From positions 3,309 to 67,308 of the forward strand of contig JAHFSD010000001.1 in NCBI GenBank assembly GCA_023265925.1: a stretch of 64,000 nt of DNA, in the 5' to 3' direction. The notes under the pieces were generated by a model, which did no database searches, was not told the DNA's origin, and saw only the letters and a program-made list of their open reading frames with translations. The stretch's first letter is position 1. Every line of letters begins with the position of its first letter. The position numbers and the translations under genes are program-made. Positions 27,807-37,368 of this stretch are shown piece by piece. This stretch comes from an archaeon (GTDB lineage: Archaea > Nanobdellota > Nanobdellia > Woesearchaeales > GW2011-AR9).

Positions 27807-28592
27807 TCATTGATGGAACCATCGCACCAACGTGAGTTTATCATTACTGGGTATTCCCTGCGCTCCACCTTGAGGTTCTGGCGCATCAATGGGCAGGCCA
27901 AGATAGGCGAGCAGATGACCCTGATATTGTCTAAGCTCTTTCTGATAAGTACTGGGAGTAACTTCTTTGGCAAGGCGAGTGCATTCTATTAACTGTCTTA
28001 GCTCTTTTTGAAGTTGCCGCGTGGTGTCTTCCAATTCCAATGTTGCGGGCGTGAGATTATGGAAATACCCCAAACTGTTATTGATCGCCTGCTTGATTTC
28101 ATCTATCTTCTCTTTTCGTGCACGCAATCGGTTACGTTCGTTTTGAATTCCCAAAGGCAGGTCACTAAATGGAACAAGGTACTTTTTCCCCCCATACGAC
28201 CCGATTAAAAGATGGCCTACCGCTTCCCAATGGCCTCCTAGCCCCTTTCGCTTGTACTCATTTTTGGGTGCAGTCCAACTAGTCCAATGACCAACACCAG
28301 TAAAAGAAGTTCTTAATCCTGATTCGTGATTGACAAATGCTTCCTGCAACAGTTTATACTCATTCCAATCCTCAATCGGTTCCGGAAAGGGGAGTTGGCT
28401 TTCCCATCTCCCTTCATATGTTAAGGAAACTTCAATGATGCTATCATCCAAATTCCACCCATCCCGTTCCTGTACCGGGTTCTGTACAAACCAGTGCAGT
28501 CCAGCATGGACTTGTTGGAGAGGAAGAGCTCTTCCAGATCTTAGATAACCACGGGCCAAGGTTTGAATCAGCTCTGAATGCACGTTCGTCAT
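27807..28592 (-). CDS. hypothetical protein
   Basis: 261 aa with a coiled-coil-like C-terminal third. No recognised motif. Confidence 0.5.
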   Translation of the reverse strand: MTNVHSELIQTLARGYLRSGRALPLQQVHAGLHWFVQNPVQERDGWNLDDSIIEVSLTYEGRWESQLPFPEPIEDWNEYKLLQEAFVNHESGLRTSFTGVGHWTSWTAPKNEYKRKGLGGHWEAVGHLLIGSYGGKKYLVPFSDLPLGIQNERNRLRARKEKIDEIKQAINNSLGYFHNLTPATLELEDTTRQLQKELRQLIECTRLAKEVTPSTYQKELRQYQGHLLAYLGLPIDAPEPQGGAQGIPSNDKLTLVRWFHQ

Positions 28593-28751
28593 AGCATATC
28601 AAAAGACCAGTTGTTTATAAATTTTGCGTCATTCTGTAGTGGTTCTTAGAATTCCATGGCCGCCGGCAGTCCCCTTCCTCTCGCTTTCCTTTAAATAAGA
28701 GCCGGGTTGCCGATATATAGGTAATATTTATATACAACCACATTTACCTAT

Positions 28752-29324
28752 ATGAAAATGAGAGGAGAAAAGCGGGAACGGATTCTTCGGATACTGCTGG
28801 CTGAAAAGAGACCACTTTCGAAATATCGCCTGGCCAAGTTAGCAGGCTGCAGCTTTCCTTGGGTTCATGAATTTCTCCAGTTACTGGAACAAAAGAAACT
28901 CGCTTCTGGGATCAAGGTGGCGAATAAAAAAAAACTGTTTGACTATTGGCTGAGCATTCATCATCAGCCCAAGTACCGGGAATATATGGTTCAGAGACCG
29001 TTAGAATTCCTCAAAAGCACCAGGCTCGACTATGCCCTTACCACTTACCAAGGGGATAACCTGATTCAGCATTTTCTGTTTCCCTCGAGAACTGATGTAT
29101 ACATTCGCAAGAATGATCTGCAGAAATGGCACATGGTGCTGTTGAAAAAAGGACTGTATGGAAAAGGGAATTTCCGGATTCTTCTGGAGGATGAGCAGGT
29201 CTTTTATAAAAGAAGGAAAATAAATGGTTTTACCGTGGTATGCTTGCCTCAACTCATTCTTGACCTCAAACAGGAAGGCGGTGTTTGTGGAGAAGCAGCG
29301 GAGCGATTGCTGGAGAGTCTGTAA
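28752..29324 (+). CDS. AbiEi-like antitoxin / wHTH protein
   Basis: It has an N-terminal wHTH (RILRILLAEKRPLSKYRLAKLAG). The C-terminal VVCLPQLILDLKQEGGVCGEAAERLLESL resembles the AbiEi C-terminal pattern. Confidence 0.45.
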   Translation: MKMRGEKRERILRILLAEKRPLSKYRLAKLAGCSFPWVHEFLQLLEQKKLASGIKVANKKKLFDYWLSIHHQPKYREYMVQRPLEFLKSTRLDYALTTYQGDNLIQHFLFPSRTDVYIRKNDLQKWHMVLLKKGLYGKGNFRILLEDEQVFYKRRKINGFTVVCLPQLILDLKQEGGVCGEAAERLLESL

Positions 29325-29326
29325 GT

Positions 29327-29677
29327 ATGTATGACGACTTTGAAACAAAGACCTCGTACACGTATCTCCAAACCGTTGTAGAAGCGCTTCAGGAACCCAT
29401 CTGTATGCCCAAACCGGAATTGCTCGTAGCCACAAAACTTCTTTCCATTGGTGAAAGGGATAAACGAGACAAGAAAGTGAAGGACATCTGTGACCTGTTT
29501 TCACTATTATGGTATGGGGGAGAAACACCTGCAGGGATAAGATTAAAAGTCAGGCAATTTCTCCCTGATGAGGCTATTAAGAAAGGATTTTCTTCCATAA
29601 CCGCCGAAGATTTCTACAATGCTTCTATCCCTTTACAACATAACGTTGAAGAAATCAGGAAAGTGGTATCTGTTTAA
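29327..29677 (+). CDS. short protein resembling only the C-terminal half of AbiEii/DUF-type nucleotidyltransferases
   Basis: Its ATG lies 3 nt after the previous stop. The motif PELLVATKLLSIGERDKRDKKVKDICDLFSLL matches the pe.li..Kl.a...R.kD..Di..L pattern. No GSxxxDxD catalytic N-terminal part is present. Confidence 0.4.
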   Translation: MYDDFETKTSYTYLQTVVEALQEPICMPKPELLVATKLLSIGERDKRDKKVKDICDLFSLLWYGGETPAGIRLKVRQFLPDEAIKKGFSSITAEDFYNASIPLQHNVEEIRKVVSV

Positions 29678-29678
29678 T

Positions 29679-29714
29679 GTGAACGTATATAAACGACAGT
29701 GAACATATATAAAC
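29679..29714 (+). promoter_or_regulatory. tandemly duplicated TATA-box element upstream of the helicase gene
   Basis: GTGAACGTATATAAAC (29679-29694) and GTGAACATATATAAAC (29699-29714) repeat with a 20-bp period. The proximal TATA is 24-31 nt upstream of the ATG at 29736, so the mRNA is probably leaderless. Confidence 0.45.
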
Positions 29715-29735
29715 CACGATAAATAACAAGGCACC

Positions 29736-31652
29736 ATGCAATTCAAAACCTTCACCCTCGACCCCTTCCAGGAAGAGGCCATCGCCGCGATTGAAAACAA
29801 TTATAGCGTCGTCGTTTCGGCTCCCACCGGCTCGGGAAAAACTTTAATAGCGGATTTTATCATTGAAAAGCATAAAGACGACCCGCAGCGGATCATTTAC
29901 ACCGCGCCGATCAAAGCGTTAAGCAACCAGAAGTACCGCGATTTCGCCAAGGAGTACGGGGAAGACACCATCGGGCTGATGACCGGCGACCTGGTGATTA
30001 ACCCTCACGCCAAAGTGCTGATCATGACGACGGAGATCTACCGCAACATGGCCGTCAGCAACGATCCCGACTTAAACAATGTCGCCTACGTCATTTTCGA
30101 TGAGATCCATTTCATCAACGACCGCGAACGGGGCTATGTCTGGGAAGAGTCAATCATCTACAGCTCCGAGAAAGTTCGTTTTTTATGTCTGTCGGCGACT
30201 ATCCCTAATGCCGTAGAATTCAGCAACTGGATCCAGAGCATCAAGCGGCATACCGTTAAGACAGTCATGGCCGGCAAACGCAACGTGCCGCTGCGACAAT
30301 TTTTCTACGATTACGAATACGGCCTGACCAATCCCGAGAAGTTGTCAGGAATAGTGCACTCCCCGGACTTTCGCCGGCACCGCAAGGGAAAGCGTGAAAA
30401 GATTCCCGCCCCCAGCCACCTGGAACTGATCAAAGACTTGTTTCCCGACAAATTGCCCTGCTTTTACTTCGTCTTTTCCCGGCGGGAGACGCAGGAAAAA
30501 GCCCGGGAGCTGGCGAAATTAAATTTGTTCCCGAAAGATCCGCGGCTACTGCAATTTCTTAACTCTAAATTACAGACTGCGCCCTCTGACATCAATCAAC
30601 TGCAATCGACGCGAGTTCTGAAAGAGGTGCTTCCTCAAGGCATCGCATTTCATCATGGCGGCCTGCTGCCCGTCATCAAAGAAGTGGTGGAAGAGTTGTT
30701 TGCCCAAGGCTTGATCAAAGTTCTTTACGTCACCGAGACCTTTGCCGTCGGCATCAACATGCCCGCTAAAACTGTCTGTTTTGACAGCCTGCGGAAATTT
30801 GACGGGTATGGCTTCCGCAACCTGAACAGCAAGGAGTTCTTCCAGATTGCCGGCCGGGCCGGAAGGAGAGGAATTGACACTGAAGGCTATGTGGTGGTAA
30901 TGCTCTACCGCCCGGCGTTTAGGTATGAGGAAGTGCATGCGATTACCTCCCGCGACATTGAGCCGATCCGCTCGCAGTTTCGCCTGGGAGTGAATACCGT
31001 CCTGAATCTTATCAACCTGCATCCTCCCCGCGAGATTGAGAGGCTGTTGCGCCTCAGCTTCTTTTCCTACCAGAAATTTGGCGAGAGGTATAAAGAGATG
31101 CCGACCATTGTGCTGCTGGCGCGGTATTACAGCATTGTGAGCAACCTGAAACGGTATGGTTATGTGCAGGATGGCCGGCTGACCGAGAAAGGGCTGTTTT
31201 CGTCCAAAATCTATGCCGATGAAATTACCATTGGCGAAATCTTTGCCACCGATTTTGCCGACGCATTGAATGAGTATCAGATTTTGCTGATAGTAGCCTG
31301 TTTAGTGTATGAAGAGCGGGAGAGAACCAAATTCAAGCCGCAGCCGGGTGATGGGGAAGTCAGCACCGTACGCAGCCTGCTGCAGCGTCATCCTTACCTG
31401 TCCCGGGAAAAGAAATTTAACCACCTCAGCAGCATGACCATTTTCATCAAGCCGATCCTGGACGGGCAAAGTTTCTTTGACGTGCTGGAGCAGGCCGAGA
31501 TGGTGGAAGGGGATCTGATTCGCATCTATGCGCAGATCCTCGACCGGGTGGGGCAGATCAAGAAAGCGACGGCCAGCTTTACCCTGCGGAACAAGATGAT
31601 CAATGGTGAAGGGATCATCAAGAAAGCATTGGAAGGGATTTATGGAGTGTGA
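29736..31652 (+). CDS. Ski2-like superfamily 2 DExH helicase
   Basis: It has Walker A APTGSGKT, the DExH box FDEIH, TATIPN, helicase C motifs (HHGGLLP, TETFAVGINMPA, QIAGRAGRRG), and a C-terminal helical domain. Confidence 0.9.
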   Translation: MQFKTFTLDPFQEEAIAAIENNYSVVVSAPTGSGKTLIADFIIEKHKDDPQRIIYTAPIKALSNQKYRDFAKEYGEDTIGLMTGDLVINPHAKVLIMTTEIYRNMAVSNDPDLNNVAYVIFDEIHFINDRERGYVWEESIIYSSEKVRFLCLSATIPNAVEFSNWIQSIKRHTVKTVMAGKRNVPLRQFFYDYEYGLTNPEKLSGIVHSPDFRRHRKGKREKIPAPSHLELIKDLFPDKLPCFYFVFSRRETQEKARELAKLNLFPKDPRLLQFLNSKLQTAPSDINQLQSTRVLKEVLPQGIAFHHGGLLPVIKEVVEELFAQGLIKVLYVTETFAVGINMPAKTVCFDSLRKFDGYGFRNLNSKEFFQIAGRAGRRGIDTEGYVVVMLYRPAFRYEEVHAITSRDIEPIRSQFRLGVNTVLNLINLHPPREIERLLRLSFFSYQKFGERYKEMPTIVLLARYYSIVSNLKRYGYVQDGRLTEKGLFSSKIYADEITIGEIFATDFADALNEYQILLIVACLVYEERERTKFKPQPGDGEVSTVRSLLQRHPYLSREKKFNHLSSMTIFIKPILDGQSFFDVLEQAEMVEGDLIRIYAQILDRVGQIKKATASFTLRNKMINGEGIIKKALEGIYGV

Positions 31653-31834
31653 TTCTGCTCACTGGGAATCCCACCACTGCCGGATTCCTGCCATTTTCCT
31701 GCACTACACTGCCGGATTTTTGCCATTTTCCGGACCGTCTCTGTTCTTATCAAGAACAAGCAAGTTAAATTTATAATAATATGTTACTATAAAGAACAGA
31801 AAAGCTTAAATACAACTACATTGTTATTAATAGA

Positions 31835-32179
31835 ATGAAAGAGCAGGAACAGCTTTTAGAGGAGAATATTCGCGAATTTTACACCCAAGGAGAGGAATCG
31901 CTCACCAAGCAGAAATATAATGCCGCCGTGAGTCTCTTCTTCAAGGCGCTCGCGGTACTGGCAGATTGGCATCTGCTTAAAACAAAAGGGAGAATTCCTA
32001 AAAGCCACTCGGAACGATTTCGTATTTTAGAAGAAAAATACCCTGAACTCTATGAGCTTCTCGACAAGGATTTCCCTGTTTATCAGGACAGTTATCAAAT
32101 TAAAATAAGCAAAGAAATTGCGGTGGTGTTAGAAAATGATGTTCGAACCGTTGCACAAAAAGTTGGCTTCTCACTCTGA
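31835..32179 (+). CDS. HEPN-domain protein
   Basis: 114-aa helical protein with KYNAAVSLFFKALAVLADWHLL and an Rx4H-type motif (GRIPKSH). It is adjacent to a nucleotidyltransferase gene. Confidence 0.6.
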   Translation: MKEQEQLLEENIREFYTQGEESLTKQKYNAAVSLFFKALAVLADWHLLKTKGRIPKSHSERFRILEEKYPELYELLDKDFPVYQDSYQIKISKEIAVVLENDVRTVAQKVGFSL

Positions 32180-32690
32180 ACTTCTCCTGGGGGTGTGGGA
32201 TGTTGTCGTGTATGGATCCGCAGTTCGCGGAAAATCAAAGCCGAGAGATATTGATATTGCTGTGCTCATGGCCGGGAAAATCATTGCCAGTAAGAAATTA
32301 TATCTCGCCCAGCAGTTTCGGAAAAATCTGGGAGGTGATGTTAAAGTTGTTGATCTGGACGACTTTCTCAATCCGGGATTCCTGGCACGACAGGCTATTC
32401 TCGCCGAAGGCTACTCGCTGTTAAAAAAAGATTATTTGGCAGAACGATTTGGTTATTCGGCCCTTGCTCTCATCACCTACACCTTAAAAAGCCTGCCTTT
32501 ATCCAAGCAGAAATTATTATACTATGCTCTGCAAGGCCGGAAACGCGGTACGGGAGTATTAGCAAAATTAGGCGGAAAAATAATAGGTAAAAGCCTCTTG
32601 GCCGTGCCGACAAAACATTTCGAGAAACTTAAAGACTTGCTGCAGCAACATCAGGTAGAGTTTGAAACCAGCTTTACTCTTCAATATTAA
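32136..32690 (+). CDS. nucleotidyltransferase (MNT-like) with C-terminal extension
   Basis: It has the Pol-beta NTase motif VVVYGSAVRGKSKPRDIDIAVLM. The track ORF overlaps the HEPN gene by 44 nt, so a later start is possible. Confidence 0.75.
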   Translation: MMFEPLHKKLASHSELLLGVWDVVVYGSAVRGKSKPRDIDIAVLMAGKIIASKKLYLAQQFRKNLGGDVKVVDLDDFLNPGFLARQAILAEGYSLLKKDYLAERFGYSALALITYTLKSLPLSKQKLLYYALQGRKRGTGVLAKLGGKIIGKSLLAVPTKHFEKLKDLLQQHQVEFETSFTLQY

Positions 32691-32709
32691 ACTAGGGTAA
32701 ACTGTGGAA

Positions 32710-33756
32710 TTATCGCTTCCTCACCTTCATCCCCACATTTTTCACCCCATTCCAGACTAAGCCAGGATTCGCTTTCAGTCTCCGTATCATATAATTCAAC
32801 CCCTCCCCCGGCGTCAATTCCACCGGCATGTAATCCCGCACGACACAGCCTAGTTCGCGGAACTGTTTTCCCATTATTTCTCCCCACCGGACGCCGCGGA
32901 GGAACTGGAATTCATACCGCTGGGGAGGAATGCCGTTGCCATAAATAATTTTGTGCTGGATGTAGTTCAGTACCATCGGATCATGGGTGGCAATTTCCAC
33001 ATAAATGCCGGCCCGCAGCAAGGTTTCCACCTGCTGCACTAACCGTGCCTTCATTTTCAGCTTATTTCTGATGGCAATTTCTTTGGGCTCATTATAGGCG
33101 CCAATACAGATGCGGACACGCAGCTCTCCCTTGTGGAAAGGATAGGTGCTGTCGAGAAGGTAATGCTGAATATCCTGTTCAGTCCGATAGAGGCGGGATT
33201 GCAAAACTATGCCCAGATTTTCTGCACCCTTTCTCCAGAGTTGCTGGGCGGCATCCAGGGAAGCAGTGGTCCAGCAATGGTCTTCCATGTCGAGCGTCAC
33301 GTCCATGTTGTTGTTATAGGCAGAGGTCACAATCTTTTCCAGCTGGCTGGACAGGGAAGTGCTTTCGTCCACCTGCAACACCGGATTTCGTTCGGTAACG
33401 ACGCAGATGCTGGAGGGTTTGACGGAGACTGATGCCGGACGTTGATGAGGATGATCGGCTGTTTCGTACTGATCTTTAAACTGCTCGTAGAGGCGCCGGA
33501 TGGCCTGTTTGTAGATATGGATATACATCTGTGCTTCCGTTGCTGTCTTTGCTTCTTCGCCCAGAATGTCAAAAGTGGAGTAACGTTGCCGCCGCTGGTA
33601 ACTGTGCCGGATCGCTTCCAGGCCTTCATGCAGGGTATGGCCGGCCAGGTACGGCTCGCCCAGAGTGGTAAGAATTTTCCGGGTGTACTTATTGGAGTTG
33701 AGCAGGGAAATAAACAGCGAGTTTATTCCACCGATGAGCGGTTCCCAGATGGCCAT
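32710..33756 (-). CDS. proline dehydrogenase family protein
   Basis: The PRODH barrel C-terminal signature is FQFLRGVRWGE....GCVVRDYMPVE......YMIRRLKANP. Confidence 0.8.
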   Translation of the reverse strand: MAIWEPLIGGINSLFISLLNSNKYTRKILTTLGEPYLAGHTLHEGLEAIRHSYQRRQRYSTFDILGEEAKTATEAQMYIHIYKQAIRRLYEQFKDQYETADHPHQRPASVSVKPSSICVVTERNPVLQVDESTSLSSQLEKIVTSAYNNNMDVTLDMEDHCWTTASLDAAQQLWRKGAENLGIVLQSRLYRTEQDIQHYLLDSTYPFHKGELRVRICIGAYNEPKEIAIRNKLKMKARLVQQVETLLRAGIYVEIATHDPMVLNYIQHKIIYGNGIPPQRYEFQFLRGVRWGEIMGKQFRELGCVVRDYMPVELTPGEGLNYMIRRLKANPGLVWNGVKNVGMKVRKR

Positions 33757-33955
33757 ACTGCCGGTGAGCAGCGGGACATTTTAAAAGTTTCTGGAACATA
33801 TCTTGGTTTCCTGCTCTTGGCGCACCACACCGGTCAGCTCACGCTGGTTATAGCTGTGAGTACCGGGCACGACCATCACGTGCTCGTTTCTTTCTTTTTA
33901 TTTCATAGAATAAGAACTTTACCTTACACTGCGTTCGATTCCTGCTTTCATCCAC

Positions 33956-34008
33956 CGAGTTTCGCTGCGGCTCAACTCGAGGGGTTCAGCAGGCGCCGTG
34001 TACTAAAA
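33956..34008 (+). repeat. 53-bp direct repeat, copy A (left boundary of the 34.1-38.7 kb islet)
   Basis: CGAGTTTCGCTGCGGCTCAACTCGAGGGGTTCAGCAGGCGCCGTGTACTAAA matches 38761-38813 at 52/53 positions in the same orientation. Confidence 0.9.
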
Positions 34009-34107
34009 CAATTAATTTTTTATAAACTTTCTGTTCATTTTACTTTAGAGTAATAAAATATCCAATGATATGTTTAAATATCAGCGTGGTTCTTCTAGCA
34101 TTTCTCA

Positions 34108-36333
34108 ATGAAAAAAAGAGTAGTAAACCCCTCTAAGTACATTATCATTTCTGTAGTGCTGATTTTCATTTTATTGGTCATTGGCTTATTGTCTTTGGGG
34201 CCTTTCTTGGACAAAGTAGCAGCCCAGGTAAAAACAGTAATAAAAGCAAAGACCCCAACATCGGAAGTGGATATAGCTCTTTCTCCTATCCCTGACAAAA
34301 CCTATGTTACGACGGCAAAACTATTACGTCCTCGTTTTGCCAGCGGGGTTCATGTTCGCAATGAGTTAAAAAGTTACCTTACCAGTTTTACCGCAGGAAA
34401 ATATGATGAAGCTGTACATAAAATAATCTCTTTTCAGGGAGAGATCAATCCCTTTGATTTATCCACCCTTCTAGAAATAGATACAGCCCTTGCCGATTCC
34501 ATTGCCAAAGCAGCAGGTACCGTAAAATTAGCTAAGGATTTTAGTACTGAGCGTAAATCCTGTGAAGCTTTCAATGGTCTCCTTAATCCTTCTCTTCTCA
34601 TCATGGATCTTACGTTATGGAGCGGAAAATCGGAACTATATCTAGCTTTACAACAGAATAGAGATGTAGGAATGCAATGCTTATTCTACTATCCTCAGCT
34701 CAGCCACGGGATGGTGACGTATGATGTGAGAACGGGAAGGATTGTGCAAAGAAGTGCCTTCTGCGATCCTTCCGAAACGAAAAGCAAATGCTTCGGCGTT
34801 TGGGATTACTTCTGGAAGTTTGCGGTTGATCCGAGGGAGGGACCAATCAATTATGGTGTGGGATGTAGTCTAACCGACTGGATGAATCAGGGGTTTATCT
34901 GTACGCACGGGGTTGATATTCGAAATAATACAATGATGATGAACACTATCTTCTCCCTCGATGGCACTGCACTGCTCCACATTGACGTCAAAGATGAATT
35001 TCAGAATGCCTTAGGCGCCAGCGGAAAAATGATCATTGACAACGTCAAACAGAAATGCGCCAAAGTGAAGGAAAAATCATCCAAATACGGCAGTATTGTT
35101 CCTGCATTAACGGGAGCAGGGAGTTCTCTGACGGGCGGAGTTATTTCCACAGCTACAGCTGCCACCGGCACGGGAGAAGGCCTCAAGGAGGAATACGAGA
35201 AAGCGATGCTGTTTGCCTCGTTGTTCTCAGAAGCTTGTACAGCAAACCCGAGCGATTTAGCCAAGGATTTAGCCGGTGGAGGAGGAGCAGGACAGTTTGG
35301 GTTAAATAAACCGAATGCCTGTATTTTATCGGACGTGAAAGAGGTTAGTTCCAATGGATTACAAGCAGAAAAAGCCTGTCTTGATCATTTCTTTGGTCCC
35401 AGAGGACTGGAACAGGTGCAGAATCTGGATGGGCTTCCTGACAATTGGTGTATGCCTTCTGCTTCGCAAAGTGGTTCGCAATGTACTGATATCTCCTGTT
35501 TGCTCCCCGGAGGAGATAAGGGGTGTGGTTCTGACGGCACCAAATGCGGCAGGGAACCAACCAAACAGGAAGAACAATATCTGAAAAATGCTGGTGCGGG
35601 AGCAGTGGGGGAAAAATGGCGCGTCGTGGATACACGAAAAGAGATCGACGAAATTTGTGGAAGAAAACTGGGAGCGAGCGCCGCAGCTTGTTCTAGTCAG
35701 AGCACGAAAACAGCGTACGTTCTTAAAGAGAATATTAAAGCTAGTCCCAAGGATCCAACCACCGCACCTTCGCCAAAAGGTGGCGGAAAAGTTTACACTT
35801 TTCAAGCTTTGGTAAAGCATGAACAGAATCATATTACTAAAGATGATCCTAAAAAATCGGTTGATGAGAATGATCAAGTTCGAAAAGAGGAGGATAAAAA
35901 AAATTCTAAGAATTTTGTCAATCCTCCCAAAGGAGAGCCTGCCCCCGATGGCTTGGAACCGGATGAATGCTCCGCCCAGGCTCAAAAAGTGAATGCTTTC
36001 GCCGATTGCCTGGACAAATCCCAGTTAAAAAATATTGAACAGCCTAATGGTCTTGCCCCTGCTAGGGGTGGGTCAGCACCTGATCCTGCTCCACCCGGAG
36101 AGGAAGTTGGTGGTACAACTGTGCCAAAATGCGATGAAACGAGTAAAAGTGGTGGAGCAGGCGGATATTTTGGAACAAAAGAGAATTCGGCAGATGATTG
36201 CATTATTGGCGATTTCTGTGATTTTGGCGGTTCTGTATTGGGCGGTCGAATGGGAACACCAAAAATCTGCCAGCAGGTCGAAAGTACTGGAGAAGGAAAA
36301 GAACCTCCCTGTCCGGGCTTAGGCAATGACTAA
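34108..36333 (+). CDS. large secreted/signal-anchored Cys-rich protein of unknown family
   Basis: 741 aa with an N-terminal TM/signal anchor (IIISVVLIFILLVIGLLSLG) and many Cys throughout. The last ~115 aa form a Cys-rich module that recurs at 37369-37692. Confidence 0.7.
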   Translation: MKKRVVNPSKYIIISVVLIFILLVIGLLSLGPFLDKVAAQVKTVIKAKTPTSEVDIALSPIPDKTYVTTAKLLRPRFASGVHVRNELKSYLTSFTAGKYDEAVHKIISFQGEINPFDLSTLLEIDTALADSIAKAAGTVKLAKDFSTERKSCEAFNGLLNPSLLIMDLTLWSGKSELYLALQQNRDVGMQCLFYYPQLSHGMVTYDVRTGRIVQRSAFCDPSETKSKCFGVWDYFWKFAVDPREGPINYGVGCSLTDWMNQGFICTHGVDIRNNTMMMNTIFSLDGTALLHIDVKDEFQNALGASGKMIIDNVKQKCAKVKEKSSKYGSIVPALTGAGSSLTGGVISTATAATGTGEGLKEEYEKAMLFASLFSEACTANPSDLAKDLAGGGGAGQFGLNKPNACILSDVKEVSSNGLQAEKACLDHFFGPRGLEQVQNLDGLPDNWCMPSASQSGSQCTDISCLLPGGDKGCGSDGTKCGREPTKQEEQYLKNAGAGAVGEKWRVVDTRKEIDEICGRKLGASAAACSSQSTKTAYVLKENIKASPKDPTTAPSPKGGGKVYTFQALVKHEQNHITKDDPKKSVDENDQVRKEEDKKNSKNFVNPPKGEPAPDGLEPDECSAQAQKVNAFADCLDKSQLKNIEQPNGLAPARGGSAPDPAPPGEEVGGTTVPKCDETSKSGGAGGYFGTKENSADDCIIGDFCDFGGSVLGGRMGTPKICQQVESTGEGKEPPCPGLGND

Positions 36334-36341
36334 AAGAATAC

Positions 36342-37301
36342 TTAAAACATCATTAGAGGATAGTTCTTGGCAGGAACATGAGTTCGTACCTCCCTGAGGC
36401 ATTTCTTATTCTTTCCACATAACTCTTTCATAATTTCTTTATAGAATGGTATTAAATCTCCCCAAAGGTTCTGTACCGCATCATAATATTTACCTTCTTT
36501 AACAGATTCTTTAGACTCTTTCACCAATCTTTGATATTCTGGCGATTGCATAATGAGGCTTCTCCCTCTTTCTTTATTTCCCAAATACCATTCAATCTTG
36601 CCGGCACTCCAGTAATTTCCCTTTTGTAGGTTCTCATCCCGTATGGCAGCAAGCTCTTCCAGTGGCGTTAGTTTAATAATCTCTTCAGCAGCATTCCACC
36701 TTTTACGAAAATATTCACGAGCTTTGTTCAGGTATTCCTTAGACTTTTCAGCATTTTTATTAGAGTAATATTCTGATAAATGGTAATAGATCCGGGCTGT
36801 CCCGGCAAATCTTCCCCGCTTTTTATAATGCTCAGCACTATCTTCCATCAGCTCTTGGTATTTCTCTGAATCATTTTTATATTTACAATTGGCAAGATTG
36901 ACATCCAAGTAAATTAAATCATCCGTCGTGCTCCATACTACATGAATCATTCCCGTGGTTGTGGCAGTAGGAAGAGCTGCCTCCGCCATGGCAAGCCATT
37001 TTAGGAGTTCTGCATGTTCTTTCTTTATTTCCCCCTCATCACATACCTTTTTTATTCCTTCTACTTTGATATTTTTCTTGTTGATAAATGGCTGGGCAAT
37101 TTCAAGCGTATTGATGTAGTGCCAATAAGGGTCTCTCTTAAGGAGTTGTCTTTGCTTGCTTTCTTCCGTTTGATGTTCTCGTGCTGGCTGCAGTTCGACT
37201 GTTTCTGAACGCTGAGTTTCATAGCTACAGTGCTGAGCAGCAAGGGAACTCAGACCAATCAGCCCGGCCAACGTTAAGGAAAGGGATAATTCCTTCATCA
37301 T
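36342..37301 (-). CDS. exported helical-repeat (TPR/Sel1-like) partner protein, paralogue 1
   Basis: It has a signal/lipobox-like N-terminus (MMKELSLSLTLAGLIGLSSLAAQHC) from the ATG at 37301. It is convergent with, and 8 bp from, the stop of the 741-aa gene. It is paralogous to 37696-38646 (LANCKY, AEHY, SAGK.EW..GNKER blocks). Confidence 0.65.
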   Translation of the reverse strand: MMKELSLSLTLAGLIGLSSLAAQHCSYETQRSETVELQPAREHQTEESKQRQLLKRDPYWHYINTLEIAQPFINKKNIKVEGIKKVCDEGEIKKEHAELLKWLAMAEAALPTATTTGMIHVVWSTTDDLIYLDVNLANCKYKNDSEKYQELMEDSAEHYKKRGRFAGTARIYYHLSEYYSNKNAEKSKEYLNKAREYFRKRWNAAEEIIKLTPLEELAAIRDENLQKGNYWSAGKIEWYLGNKERGRSLIMQSPEYQRLVKESKESVKEGKYYDAVQNLWGDLIPFYKEIMKELCGKNKKCLREVRTHVPAKNYPLMMF

Positions 37302-37368
37302 AGTGATAACTGGAAGTGTGCAGTTTATATAAATATTTTGGTTCATTATTCGCAATGACAGAATAGGG

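Noticed and set aside
33931-33955. T-loop-like string GCGTTCGATTCCTGC followed by TTTCATCCACC, suggestive of a tRNA 3' end next to repeat copy A
   Set aside because: No complementary 5' T-stem or acceptor strand could be found upstream, even allowing G-U pairs, and no cloverleaf could be built. It is left as a possible tRNA remnant only.
33442-34053. 203-aa ORF (+)
   Set aside because: Its first ~315 nt are antisense to the well-supported proline dehydrogenase gene. The rest runs through intergenic sequence and the 53-bp repeat. Its composition looks non-coding.
35359-35985. 208-aa ORF (-) and other ORFs inside 34108-36333
   Set aside because: They are antisense or alternate-frame ORFs within the 741-aa gene. 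The plus-strand frame is supported by the duplicated C-terminal module and the signal anchor.
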